Shown here in pieces: positions 38,571-49,541 of a stretch of 64,000 bases of DNA. The translations under genes and the position numbers were made by a program. The DNA is from Patescibacteria group bacterium (lineage in GTDB: Bacteria > Patescibacteriota > Patescibacteriia > UBA9934): the NCBI GenBank assembly GCA_018062825.1, contig JAGORL010000002.1:129629-193628 (forward strand), written 5' to 3'. Under the pieces are notes generated by a model that was given only the letters and a program-made list of their open reading frames with translations, did not search any database and was not told where the DNA came from. Position 1 is the stretch's first letter. Each line of letters starts with the position of its first letter.

Positions 38571-39699
38571 AGTGACTATGCGCGCCTATAAAGACAAGAT
38601 CTTAGCTCAATTCCTTGACGAACTCCCTGTCGTCTCACTTAAGACACTCCTCAAGCCACAAACAAATGAATTACGAGCACTACGAAACGCCCTTGAATCG
38701 GAAACAGGCGCTCTACCTCTATTGTCGTTCCCGAGGGTCAATTCATTTCAGGTAGCAGACGCAAAACAGGCAGCACACGCCATACACCAAAAAATAGCGA
38801 GCTCCCCCGCTCACCCGATCCTAGTACGCTTCTACCTTGAAAAACTTTCAGAGTACGAACTAAAAATCGATCTCATTGAAGCCGTACAAAAGGATGACTC
38901 GCTTGCCATTGGTCGCTTAACACAAAAAATCCACGGCCCAGTCACTATCACAACTAACAAATACGAAGAGTTGATCACGAAACGTCTACAAGACCACAAG
39001 GCGATCACACCGAAAAAGAAATCTAAAACCGTGAACGCTGAAACCTTTGCAAAACTAGCGCGACAAAAGCTAGACGCGATCGGCGGCCAAGACTGGGCAA
39101 TCAAGGTAATGAAACGAGATCGCATCCAGATCGCCTACAAAAGAGCCGGCTCCGCAACGCTACGCATTCCAGCTGACCTTGAACTAACGAAAAAGCGTGC
39201 AGAGCAAATTCTGCGTCATGAAATTGACGGACATGCAAAACGCACAATAAACGGCTTACAAAGCGGCTATAAAATCCTCGGTCGAGGACTAGCGTATTAC
39301 AAACGAACCGAAGAAGGCGTGGCAACGCACATCCAGAAAACGGTAAATAGCGGGCTCTGGGACGGATACGCCGCAAGCCTCCGTAAAGAACAAGATCTGC
39401 AAGAGGCCTACAATGCACTCGTAGAGAAAAAAATGCGGTACTATCAAAGCCTCAAAAAAACTGACGCTAAAGATCTCGCAAAAGCTAGCGCCTGGCGACT
39501 AATCAAGCGAACGCTCCGCGGAGTGCACGATCCTTCTCAGGCTGGAGCCGCCTTCTTCCGCACGCATATTTACTTTGAAGGTAAAGAAGAGGTGCGCAAA
39601 GCAATTAAAAAAAATCCACTCATCATGAACGATCTCATGATCGGCAACATCGGCCTACAGCACGTACACGAAGTCAAAGAACTCTTAGCGACAAAATAA
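38560..39699 (+). CDS. DUF1704-like protein with an HExxxH motif and a QEGLA-like motif.
   Basis: 'RHEIDGHAKR' (HExxxH) and 'EEGVATH' resemble the QEGLA-motif family. Confidence 0.45.
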   Translation: MKPKVTMRAYKDKILAQFLDELPVVSLKTLLKPQTNELRALRNALESETGALPLLSFPRVNSFQVADAKQAAHAIHQKIASSPAHPILVRFYLEKLSEYELKIDLIEAVQKDDSLAIGRLTQKIHGPVTITTNKYEELITKRLQDHKAITPKKKSKTVNAETFAKLARQKLDAIGGQDWAIKVMKRDRIQIAYKRAGSATLRIPADLELTKKRAEQILRHEIDGHAKRTINGLQSGYKILGRGLAYYKRTEEGVATHIQKTVNSGLWDGYAASLRKEQDLQEAYNALVEKKMRYYQSLKKTDAKDLAKASAWRLIKRTLRGVHDPSQAGAAFFRTHIYFEGKEEVRKAIKKNPLIMNDLMIGNIGLQHVHEVKELLATK

Positions 39700-39728
39700 A
39701 AATTCCCCAATTGGGGAATTTTTATTTA
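39700..39728. terminator. Bidirectional rho-independent terminator.
   Basis: aaaaattcccc-aatt-ggggaattttta. Confidence 0.75.
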
Positions 39729-40895
39729 CTCTGTTGCAAGTGCTGGCAGATCTGAGGCGTAAATCGTTTCGTTCCCACGATAACATCGCAGAACATCGAT
39801 CGCGATATCATCCCAGTTAAAGGAAGTCTCAACATACGCTCGACCAGAATGACCAAGGGAAGCCGCATGCATCGGATCCTTCAAAAGATCGGCAATTTCA
39901 CGAGCAAGAGCTTTTTCATCTGACTTCGGCACAATAATGCCGTGATCAGCAACAACCTCTTTATTCTCTGGAATGTCGGCAGCGATAACTGCCTTGCCGT
40001 AGCTCATGGCTTCAAGAAGTGCAATCGGCAAACCCTCACTTACTGAAGGGTGCACTACAAATCGCGTACCCATAAAAAGCGCTTGAAGCGCTGGGCCTGA
40101 CTGATTACCCGTAAAGACAATCGAGTCGTCACCCTGCGCGAGCTCTTTTAATTCACGAACGTAGGTGTCGGTAAATGCACCGTCACCGATGATCGCAAGC
40201 TTCATGCCTTTGATTGCCGAGGCATTGTGCTTTTGCAAATACTTCCAAGCAGCAATGAGCGTATGCTGACCTTTATGGCGAACCAGGCGTGAAACCATGG
40301 CAATGTAACGGAAGCTCACTAAACCAAATTGTTCAAGAAGGTCATCATTGACACTGGCGCGCACAGGAGTAATGCCATTTGGCACATACGTCGCTCGCGC
40401 TCCGTACTCTTTCTTTACATAGGAAGCAATCGACTGACTCACGGCAATTGTCTGATGCGGAAAGGCTACAGCCGCCCGCTCTCCAAGCTTCAACATGAAG
40501 CGTGCAAAGAAACTCCACTTAGCATGTGTTCGATCAACGCTATGAAACGTTGAAAGCACAGTTGCACGAGGAGCAAGAATGCGGGGCAAAAAAGCCAAGA
40601 GCGACGGGCCTACGCCATGAAAGTGATAAACATCTGGACGCTCAACAAAAAGCGCATGAACCGTTGCCAAAAAAGTATGCGTAATGGCATCAAGGTTTTT
40701 CGTGTGAATGCTCGGCAAGCGAACAACCCGCACCTGAAAATACGAACGAACAGTCTTTGGCGTATACCAATAACGCGCATAAGCCACGACATCGTGACCA
40801 AAGCGTGCCAAACGAGGGGCTAATTCAGCAACGTGTGTTTCAACGCCACCAAACTTACCCGGAAGACCTTTTTGACCGATCATGGCAATTTTCAT
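39726..40895 (-). CDS. Glycosyltransferase family 1.
   Basis: MKIAMIGQKGLPGKFGGVETHVAELAPRLA... Confidence 0.85.
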   Translation of the reverse strand: MKIAMIGQKGLPGKFGGVETHVAELAPRLARFGHDVVAYARYWYTPKTVRSYFQVRVVRLPSIHTKNLDAITHTFLATVHALFVERPDVYHFHGVGPSLLAFLPRILAPRATVLSTFHSVDRTHAKWSFFARFMLKLGERAAVAFPHQTIAVSQSIASYVKKEYGARATYVPNGITPVRASVNDDLLEQFGLVSFRYIAMVSRLVRHKGQHTLIAAWKYLQKHNASAIKGMKLAIIGDGAFTDTYVRELKELAQGDDSIVFTGNQSGPALQALFMGTRFVVHPSVSEGLPIALLEAMSYGKAVIAADIPENKEVVADHGIIVPKSDEKALAREIADLLKDPMHAASLGHSGRAYVETSFNWDDIAIDVLRCYRGNETIYASDLPALATE

Positions 40896-40903
40896 AACCG
40901 GCT

Positions 40904-40932
40904 ATAATAGCAGAAATTTGGCTAACTGTCAA
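40904..40932 (-). promoter_or_regulatory. Extended -10 promoter TTGACA-N17-TGcTATTAT giving a leaderless or near-leaderless mRNA.
   Basis: Minus strand: cgTTGACAgttagccaaatttcTGcTATTATagccggttATG. The -10 ends 8 nt before the ATG. Confidence 0.6.
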
Positions 40933-40987
40933 CGAAAAATGGCTAAATGTGCGTCAAGATATTTAGCTAACTTTAGCTAAATAATGA

Positions 40988-42238
40988 CTATTTTTGCACT
41001 ACCTGTTGATAAATAGCCATCACCGCCTCATTGTGCACTTGCGGATCCCCTACCTCCTCAGCCCTGCTGCGCGCTGCCTGAGCGGTTAAACGCGCCGCCT
41101 CAACATCATTGTTAAGCGCAAAGTGGCGAACCGCTTTTTTATAACCTTCTATATCCTGCGCTCGCACAACTGCGCCGTGCGCAACTACCTCGGGCTTATC
41201 GGTTAAACCAAGCACCTCAGGTAAACCACCACGATCACTCACCACAACCGCCGCTCCTGTCGTTAAGCCTTCAAGGGCCACTAAACCAAATGGCTCGTAC
41301 CACTGCGATGGCACAAGCACTACCCGTACCTGCGCCATCATGGCCCACAAGGCTTCGCTGCGTAAAAATCCTACATAGGTCACATTTTTACGCAGTGCAG
41401 CAATGCGCTGCACTTCCAAAGCAAGCGGTCCTGTACCGGCAAAATAAAACTGTATTCCAGGCAGCACCTCAGCAAGTCGCAACGCTAATTGCACACCTTT
41501 ATAGTCTTCAAGTCGCCCAGCAAATAAAACCCCTGATCGCTCCCCCGTCTCAAGAGGCATATTACGAACAAGAGGTTCAGAAAACGGTGGAATAACAACG
41601 CACTTCTCTTTTGCAATACCAGACGTAATAAGTTCACCACGAACGAATGTCGACAACGTAATGTAATAAGAAATAGCGCTATCAAAATAACGCCGTGCTC
41701 GCTGAAAACGCACAATGCCCTCCAAAGCAAAGGTGGCCAAACGCGAGCCTTTAATAAAGCGAGTGCCGACAATGGAGAAAAAACCACGTTCATCATCTCG
41801 CAAAGGATGATCACCTCCCCATAAAGAGTAGTTAGCGCTAACAAGCGCATAATCGTGTGCCGTCATCACAACAGGAATACCTCGCCGCTTACACTCCCAA
41901 AGAACTGACGGAGAAAGATGCGTGTAAATATTGTGAACATGAACAACATCCGGCGAAAATGCCTCCAATATACGTCGCATGTATCTTGCAGATTCAAACG
42001 ACCACAGCGCCCGTTGCATCTGTCTAAGTGCACCAAGCCCGCGAGCAATACCACTTGTCTTCATTTCCGGAACAAAAAACTCGCTCCATGGCGTTGGAAG
42101 ATTTCGATCCTCGTGCATGGCAAACGGCGCAACCGTATGCCCCGCCGCCTCCTGCATGCGCATAAGCCCAATCATGTAACGACTGGCGCCGTCCTGATCA
42201 TGGTAATACTTGTGCACGTGCAGAATTCTCATATGCAA
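40988..42238 (-). CDS. Glycosyltransferase family 1.
   Basis: The N-terminal 'ILHVHKYY...' is GT4-like. The C-terminal domain carries the GT-B motif. Confidence 0.8.
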   Translation of the reverse strand: MHMRILHVHKYYHDQDGASRYMIGLMRMQEAAGHTVAPFAMHEDRNLPTPWSEFFVPEMKTSGIARGLGALRQMQRALWSFESARYMRRILEAFSPDVVHVHNIYTHLSPSVLWECKRRGIPVVMTAHDYALVSANYSLWGGDHPLRDDERGFFSIVGTRFIKGSRLATFALEGIVRFQRARRYFDSAISYYITLSTFVRGELITSGIAKEKCVVIPPFSEPLVRNMPLETGERSGVLFAGRLEDYKGVQLALRLAEVLPGIQFYFAGTGPLALEVQRIAALRKNVTYVGFLRSEALWAMMAQVRVVLVPSQWYEPFGLVALEGLTTGAAVVVSDRGGLPEVLGLTDKPEVVAHGAVVRAQDIEGYKKAVRHFALNNDVEAARLTAQAARSRAEEVGDPQVHNEAVMAIYQQVVQK

Positions 42239-42257
42239 AGTATATCAGGCGCACCAC

Positions 42258-42280
42258 TATTCCCTATACCCTATTCCCTA
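42258..42280. repeat. CTATTCCCTA-type direct repeats (flank motif only).
   Basis: ctattccctataccctattcccta. On the minus strand this lies at the -35 region of the TGaTATACT extended -10 promoter of 40988..42238. Confidence 0.5.
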
Positions 42281-42331
42281 AAAAGAAAACCGGCGCACCC
42301 CTCCCACCCGAAGGTAGAAGAAGTGCGCCGG
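42281..42331 (-). terminator. Intrinsic terminator with a UUCG loop and G-U wobble pairs (minus-strand specific), followed by a U-tract.
   Basis: Minus strand: ccggcgcac-uucuucuacc-UUCG-ggugggagggg-ugcgccgg-uuuucuuuuu. Confidence 0.7.
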
Positions 42332-42356
42332 TGCGTGCCGCGCGGAGTCGTGTCCG

Positions 42357-45218
<2,862 letters not shown>

Positions 45219-45287
45219 GAGAACCTCGGGCTACAGGGTGAATAGGAACGTGATTTTTCACACGCTAATTGTGAACGAACTAGGCTA

Positions 45288-45316
45288 AATATAGCAAAAA
45301 AATGGCATTTTGTCAA
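45288..45316 (-). promoter_or_regulatory. Extended -10 promoter TTGACA-N17-TGcTATATT.
   Basis: Minus strand: gaTTGACAaaatgccatttttttGcTATATTtagcc, about 63 nt upstream of the ATG at 45218. Confidence 0.6.
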
Positions 45317-45317
45317 T

Positions 45318-45360
45318 CAAAAAAAGAACTCCCGTACCGCCTTTTCAGGTGGTACGGGAG
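45318..45360 (-). terminator. Rho-independent terminator: 10-bp stem CUCCCGUACC/GGUACGGGAG followed by a U-tract.
   Basis: Minus strand: ctcccgtacc-acctgaaaaggc-ggtacgggag-ttcttttttt. Confidence 0.7.
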
Positions 45361-45366
45361 CACGCG

Positions 45367-46071
45367 TCACGCGCAACGCTTGCGGCGCAACAAGTAACCG
45401 ACGAAGGGCAGCAGGATTACCGGGAAGCCGCCACTCGAGTCGCACCGACAACCCGGATCACCCAGGAAGGGCGGCGGACTCGTGGAGCACCGGCAGCCGG
45501 TTGCGGGAAAGCCACCGGTGTCACCAGAGCACTCGCCCTCGATCTCATCCACACAACCGTCGCAGTTGTTGTCACGACCGTCCTCCGGAATCTCGGGCGC
45601 ACCAGGGTAGGTGGCCGCGTCCCAGGGATCGCAGTCGTCGAGCGCCTCGTAGACGTCGAGCGCCACGAAGCCATCGCCGTCGCAGTCGTTGTCGAGCACG
45701 TCAGCGTCGCCCTCATCCCAGAGGCCGTCGCAGTCGTTGTCGATCCCGTCACACACCTCCACGGCGCCCGGATTGGTCTCCGAGTCGCCGTCGTTGCAGT
45801 CGTGTACGGCGGGATTGAAATTGCCGTAAACGTAGGCCGTGGCCATAGGGGCGTTCGGATCATCCGGATCCTCGTGCCACTCCGGCCCCTCCTCCAGGCA
45901 CCCAAACGGGTCCGCGTAGCGGGGCCACTTCTTCGTGGCCTCGTGACAGTTCACGAAGCCGTCGCCATCGACGTCATCTTCGGTCTTGTTACACCCCCCA
46001 AGGAGGGTGAAGAGCAGGAACAGGAACATGGTAAAGAGCGTCTTCACGGCGCCTCCAGGGTTGGGGTTCAA
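45367..46071 (-). CDS. Acidic lipoprotein with three MopE-like repeats and a C-terminal Cys / hydrophobic / Arg-rich tail (PEP-CTERM/MYXO-CTERM-like).
   Basis: Lipobox 'LLGGC'. 'PGAVEVCDGIDNDCDG' repeats. C-terminus 'GCRCDSSGGFPVILLPFVGYLLRRKRCA*'. Confidence 0.7.
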   Translation of the reverse strand: MNPNPGGAVKTLFTMFLFLLFTLLGGCNKTEDDVDGDGFVNCHEATKKWPRYADPFGCLEEGPEWHEDPDDPNAPMATAYVYGNFNPAVHDCNDGDSETNPGAVEVCDGIDNDCDGLWDEGDADVLDNDCDGDGFVALDVYEALDDCDPWDAATYPGAPEIPEDGRDNNCDGCVDEIEGECSGDTGGFPATGCRCSTSPPPFLGDPGCRCDSSGGFPVILLPFVGYLLRRKRCA

Positions 46072-46088
46072 GAAATCGTGAAGAGTAA

Positions 46089-46117
46089 AATATAGCAGAA
46101 ATTAGCGAAAATGTAAA
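46089..46117 (-). promoter_or_regulatory. Extended -10 promoter TTTACA-N17-TGcTATATT.
   Basis: Minus strand: cTTTACAttttcgctaatttcTGcTATATTttactc. Shares 'ttttcgctaatttctgctat' with the promoter at 244-272. Confidence 0.6.
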
Positions 46118-46149
46118 GAGTCTAGGGTGTGGAGTATTCAGCCATTTAT

Positions 46150-46272
46150 CTACTCCCTACTTACAGCCCCAACGTAGTCCGGCTCCGCCGGACGAAGTGG
46201 GCCCTACTCCCTACTTACTACTCACTACTCTCTATCCCCTATTCCCTATTCTCTATACCCTATCCCCTAAAA
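46150..46272. repeat. Dispersed structured repeat, copy D (core 46164-46203), with an extended array of CTAYTCCCTA-type direct repeats.
   Basis: cagccccaacgtagtccggctccgccggacgaagtgggcc flanked by ctactccctac...ctatcccctattccctattctctataccctatcccct. Confidence 0.75.
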
Positions 46273-46321
46273 GAAAAAGCGCGCCCCTCACTCACCCCCG
46301 AAGGAATGAATGAGGAGCGCT
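46269..46321 (-). terminator. Intrinsic terminator with a UUCG tetraloop. The stem pairs only with G-U wobbles on the minus transcript.
   Basis: Minus strand: agcgcuccucauucauucc-UUCG-ggggugagugaggggcgcgcu-uuuucuuuu. Confidence 0.75.
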
Positions 46322-46346
46322 ACGTCACCTCACGAGCTCGACCGAC

Positions 46347-47705
46347 CTACAGGTCGATCTTGCAGATGAAGTGGTACTCGTCCGGGTGCTTGTTGCAGAC
46401 GCGAGCCGAGGGAGTGCTGTCCTCGGTCAGCGAGATCGTGTACGTATCGCCATCGATCTCGAGGCGATCCACGTGCTCCACCACGCTTCCGCCGCTGTTC
46501 TCGAGGCCCCAGGTCTCGTCGTCGCCGTCGAAGTCGCCGTCACCGTTCTCGTCGCACCAGAGCTGGAGACGGTACTCTTCGCCGTCGTCGAACTCGAGCT
46601 CGTCTTCGTGGGTGTTGGCGTCGTCGGGGTTGCCGACCTTCATCGGCCACTCGTCGCCCTCCTCGTAGTCGTCGTCGTGGACGAACATCGCCTGCCACTC
46701 CTCGCCGCTGCACCACGAGGACTGCTTGACCACGCTGACCTCGACCTCGTCCCCGTTGCTGGACTCGTCGCAGTCCTCGCAGTCGGAGTCGTCGTCGTCC
46801 TCGTCGCCGTCGCAGTCGTCGTCGACGCCGTTCTCGATCTCGTCCTCGTCCGGGTTCACGTCCGGGTCGTCGTCGTCGCAGTCCTCGTCGTTGCGGATCC
46901 AGCGCGAGGACGGCTGCTCGCCGATCTCGTACTCGTCGCAACGATCTTCGTCGCCGAAGCCGTCGCCGTCCGAGTCGTAGCAGTACTCGACCTCGTCGTC
47001 GCTCTGGCACTCGTCGTGCTCGTCCTCGTCGCCGTCGTCGCAGTCGTCGTCGTTGTCGACGTACCCGTTCGGCTCCTCGCCGTCCTGGTACATCGCGCAC
47101 TGGTCGGGGTCGCCGTACCCGTCGCCGTCGTCGTCGTCGCACCACTCGTCCTCGTCGTTGTCGTTGTCGTCGTCCGAGTCCTCGTCGAGGACTCGACAGA
47201 CGAGGTCTTCGCTGCGCGGGAGCTTCACGCACTCGCCGTAGTCGGGCGAGGCGCTCTCGTCGTCGCGGAGGTCCGAGACGTCGTACTCCTCACCGTCGAT
47301 CATGAGCTCCTCGATGTTGACGGTGATCCGCGAACTCGAGGAGCTGTTCTCCACGAGCCAGGTGTCGTCGTCCCCATCGCATCCGCCGTTCACGTAGATC
47401 AGGTCGCCGGCGTAGATGCCGATGACCCCTTCGAGCGTGTCGTCGTCCCCCTCTTCGAGCGGGTCGTCGTCCCAGCGGTCGGAGTTGTTGCGGCCGTTGT
47501 CGGTGATGTTGCGGACCCACAGCGACCAGTCGTCGTTCTCGCACCAGTCGCCGTCACGGGTGACGCTGATCTCAGCGTCCTCCCCGAGGCGCCAGAGCGC
47601 GTCGCTGTTGTCGGTGTTGTCGCTGCCGTCTCCCACGAGCTGGGTGGACGGGCTGCAGGCGCTCGTGGCGATGAGCGCCAGGAGGCCGAACGAGAAACGG
47701 GTCAT
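46347..47705 (-). CDS. Acidic D/C-rich lipoprotein: N-domain, MopE-like repeats, C-domain, ending in 'CKIDL'. Paralog of 48059..49315.
   Basis: Lipobox 'IATSAC'. 'DDDCDDGDEDEHDEC...DCDGDEDDDD'. C-terminus 'HFICKIDL*'. Confidence 0.7.
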   Translation of the reverse strand: MTRFSFGLLALIATSACSPSTQLVGDGSDNTDNSDALWRLGEDAEISVTRDGDWCENDDWSLWVRNITDNGRNNSDRWDDDPLEEGDDDTLEGVIGIYAGDLIYVNGGCDGDDDTWLVENSSSSSRITVNIEELMIDGEEYDVSDLRDDESASPDYGECVKLPRSEDLVCRVLDEDSDDDNDNDEDEWCDDDDGDGYGDPDQCAMYQDGEEPNGYVDNDDDCDDGDEDEHDECQSDDEVEYCYDSDGDGFGDEDRCDEYEIGEQPSSRWIRNDEDCDDDDPDVNPDEDEIENGVDDDCDGDEDDDDSDCEDCDESSNGDEVEVSVVKQSSWCSGEEWQAMFVHDDDYEEGDEWPMKVGNPDDANTHEDELEFDDGEEYRLQLWCDENGDGDFDGDDETWGLENSGGSVVEHVDRLEIDGDTYTISLTEDSTPSARVCNKHPDEYHFICKIDL

Positions 47706-47800
47706 GAGACCCTCCGTGCGGAAATGGCCCTAATGGCCGGTTGATTGGGAATGTTCCCCGTCGAAATCTGCAGGCTGATCCCGCCGAAATCGAACGGGCA

Positions 47801-47830
47801 ATACTACCAAAGAAACAGGAGCGATGTCAA
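47801..47830 (-). promoter_or_regulatory. Promoter TTGACA-N18-TAGTAT. An alternative TGGCAA-N16-TATAAT lies at 47851-47880.
   Basis: Minus strand: cTTGACAtcgctcctgtttctttggTAGTATtgcc, about 100 nt upstream of the ATG at 47705. Confidence 0.45.
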
Positions 47831-47969
47831 GCTTTTTGCTTAGGGTTAGCGATATTATAAGGAACAAAAAAGCGATTGCCAGATTGGGCGTCACAACCCC
47901 TCCAGTCAATCACTTGCACTAGTAATACGTTTGAAACATCAAAAAGTTTCACTAACCCACTAAAATATC

Positions 47970-48027
47970 CTTTAAAAGTAGAAGAGCGCCCCTCACTCAC
48001 TCCCGAAGGAATGAATGAAGAGCGCTC
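47970..48027 (-). terminator. Intrinsic terminator of the same family (UUCG loop, cctcactcactccc arm).
   Basis: gagcgcccctcactcactcccgaaggaatgaatgaagagcgctc. Its loop and arms are nearly identical to the 46269-46321 terminator. Confidence 0.65.
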
Positions 48028-48058
48028 ACGTGCCGTCTCGCTAGCTCAGCCAGTCGAC

Positions 48059-49315
48059 CTAGAGGTCGATCTTGCAGAGCCAGTCGAATCGGTCTTCGTC
48101 CTCGGGCAAGGTGCACTCGCCGGCGGAAGGGGTGTCGTCCCGATCGTCGCGGCGGATGTACTCCTGCCCGTCGATCTCGATCGACTCGAAGTTGTCCGCA
48201 CCGGACATGACGCCCCACGTGGTGGAGTCGTCCCACGGATCGTCGTTCTCGTTCGAGTCGCAGAAGGCCTGCACGGAGAAGATCTCCCCGTCCTCGACCT
48301 CGAGCTCGCCGGTCACGTCGTCGGTGCTGACCATGTCCATGGCCAGCTCCTCGTCCGCGTACCGATCGTCCTCGCCGTTCGCCTCGCGGTGAAAGCGGAC
48401 CTGCCACTGGTCGGAGTTGCACCAGGTTGCGTTCATCGCGACCATGACGTCGACGATGGTGCCACCGTTCGTGCAGTCCTCGCAGTTGCTGTCGTCCGTG
48501 TCGACGTCGCCGTCGCAGTCGTTGTCGACGTTGTCGTCGACTTCGTCTGCGTCGGGGTTGATCTCGTCGTCGGAGTCGTCGCAGTCGTCGTCGTTCGACA
48601 CGTAGTCGGAGGGTTCGTCACCCTCTTCGTACATGTCGCACTCGTCGCTGTCGCCGAAGCCGTCGCCGTCGTCGTCGAGGCAGAACTCGCTGGTCTCGCC
48701 GTCGGTCTCGTCCTCGTCCTGCTCGTCCTCGTCGGGAGTGCCGACGCGGCAGATCAGGTTGTGGTCGGAGTCGTCGTGGATCCGGCAGGTGCCGGCCGCG
48801 GGACTCGTGGTCGCCGCGGAGGAGACGTCGATGACGTACTCCACGTTGTCCACTTCGAGCCGGGAGATGTGGGTGATGTCCCCGTTCTCCACGAGCCAGA
48901 ACTGCTCGTCCATGACGCCGGTGCCGTTCAGGAGGAACTTGTCCCCCTCTTCGAGGTTGACGTCGCCGACCAGGATCCGGCTGTCACCGATCTCCACGAT
49001 GTTCGTCGGGAAGACGAAACCATCGAGATCGGTGGTGACCCAGAACTCCCAGTCGCCGTCGAGATCGTTGTACACGTCGGAGCTGAGCGTGACCTCGAAG
49101 GTCATCTCGCTGCCGGTCGTGTCGTCGGTCTCGTCGTCGGTGTCGTCCTCGTCCGAGTCGCTGCCGATCGTGTCGACGTTGTCGTCGTTCGGCACGACCC
49201 CGTTGCCGGGGCTCATGCTCTCGTCGTCGGTGTCGCCACCGACGCGCTCCACAGAGGGGACGCCGCAAGCGGCGAGAGACACGAAGGACAGGGTGAACAG
49301 GATGCTGCGGAACAT
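48059..49315 (-). CDS. Acidic D/C-rich lipoprotein ending in 'CKIDL'. Paralog of 46347..47705.
   Basis: Lipobox 'LAAC'. Shared N- and C-domain motifs (WLVEN, IEIDG, TWG). C-terminus 'FDWLCKIDL*'. Confidence 0.7.
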   Translation of the reverse strand: MFRSILFTLSFVSLAACGVPSVERVGGDTDDESMSPGNGVVPNDDNVDTIGSDSDEDDTDDETDDTTGSEMTFEVTLSSDVYNDLDGDWEFWVTTDLDGFVFPTNIVEIGDSRILVGDVNLEEGDKFLLNGTGVMDEQFWLVENGDITHISRLEVDNVEYVIDVSSAATTSPAAGTCRIHDDSDHNLICRVGTPDEDEQDEDETDGETSEFCLDDDGDGFGDSDECDMYEEGDEPSDYVSNDDDCDDSDDEINPDADEVDDNVDNDCDGDVDTDDSNCEDCTNGGTIVDVMVAMNATWCNSDQWQVRFHREANGEDDRYADEELAMDMVSTDDVTGELEVEDGEIFSVQAFCDSNENDDPWDDSTTWGVMSGADNFESIEIDGQEYIRRDDRDDTPSAGECTLPEDEDRFDWLCKIDL

Positions 49316-49414
49316 GGTGCCTCCAAGGCAGGGTGGCCGGAATGGCCGAAGTCACAGTAACTATGTGGAAAGGTTCGCGTCGAAACCGATGTTGCCATCA
49401 ATCTCGAACAGTCT

Positions 49415-49443
49415 ATAGTAACAGAAATTTAGGAAAATGTCAA
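49415..49443 (-). promoter_or_regulatory. Extended -10 promoter TTGACA-N17-TGtTACTAT.
   Basis: Minus strand: ccTTGACAttttcctaaatttcTGtTACTATagact. Confidence 0.6.
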
Positions 49444-49474
49444 GGGTGAACGTATGTATTTAGGCTAATATAAG

Positions 49475-49520
49475 CCATAAAAGAAGAATTCCCCCACGCA
49501 GCCGAAGCTGGTGGGGGAAC
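49475..49520 (-). terminator. Rho-independent terminator with a UUCG tetraloop.
   Basis: Minus strand: guucccccac-cagc-UUCG-gcug-c-gugggggaa-uucuucuuuuau. Confidence 0.7.
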
Positions 49521-49541
49521 GAGCGTCGACCGAAGTCGATG

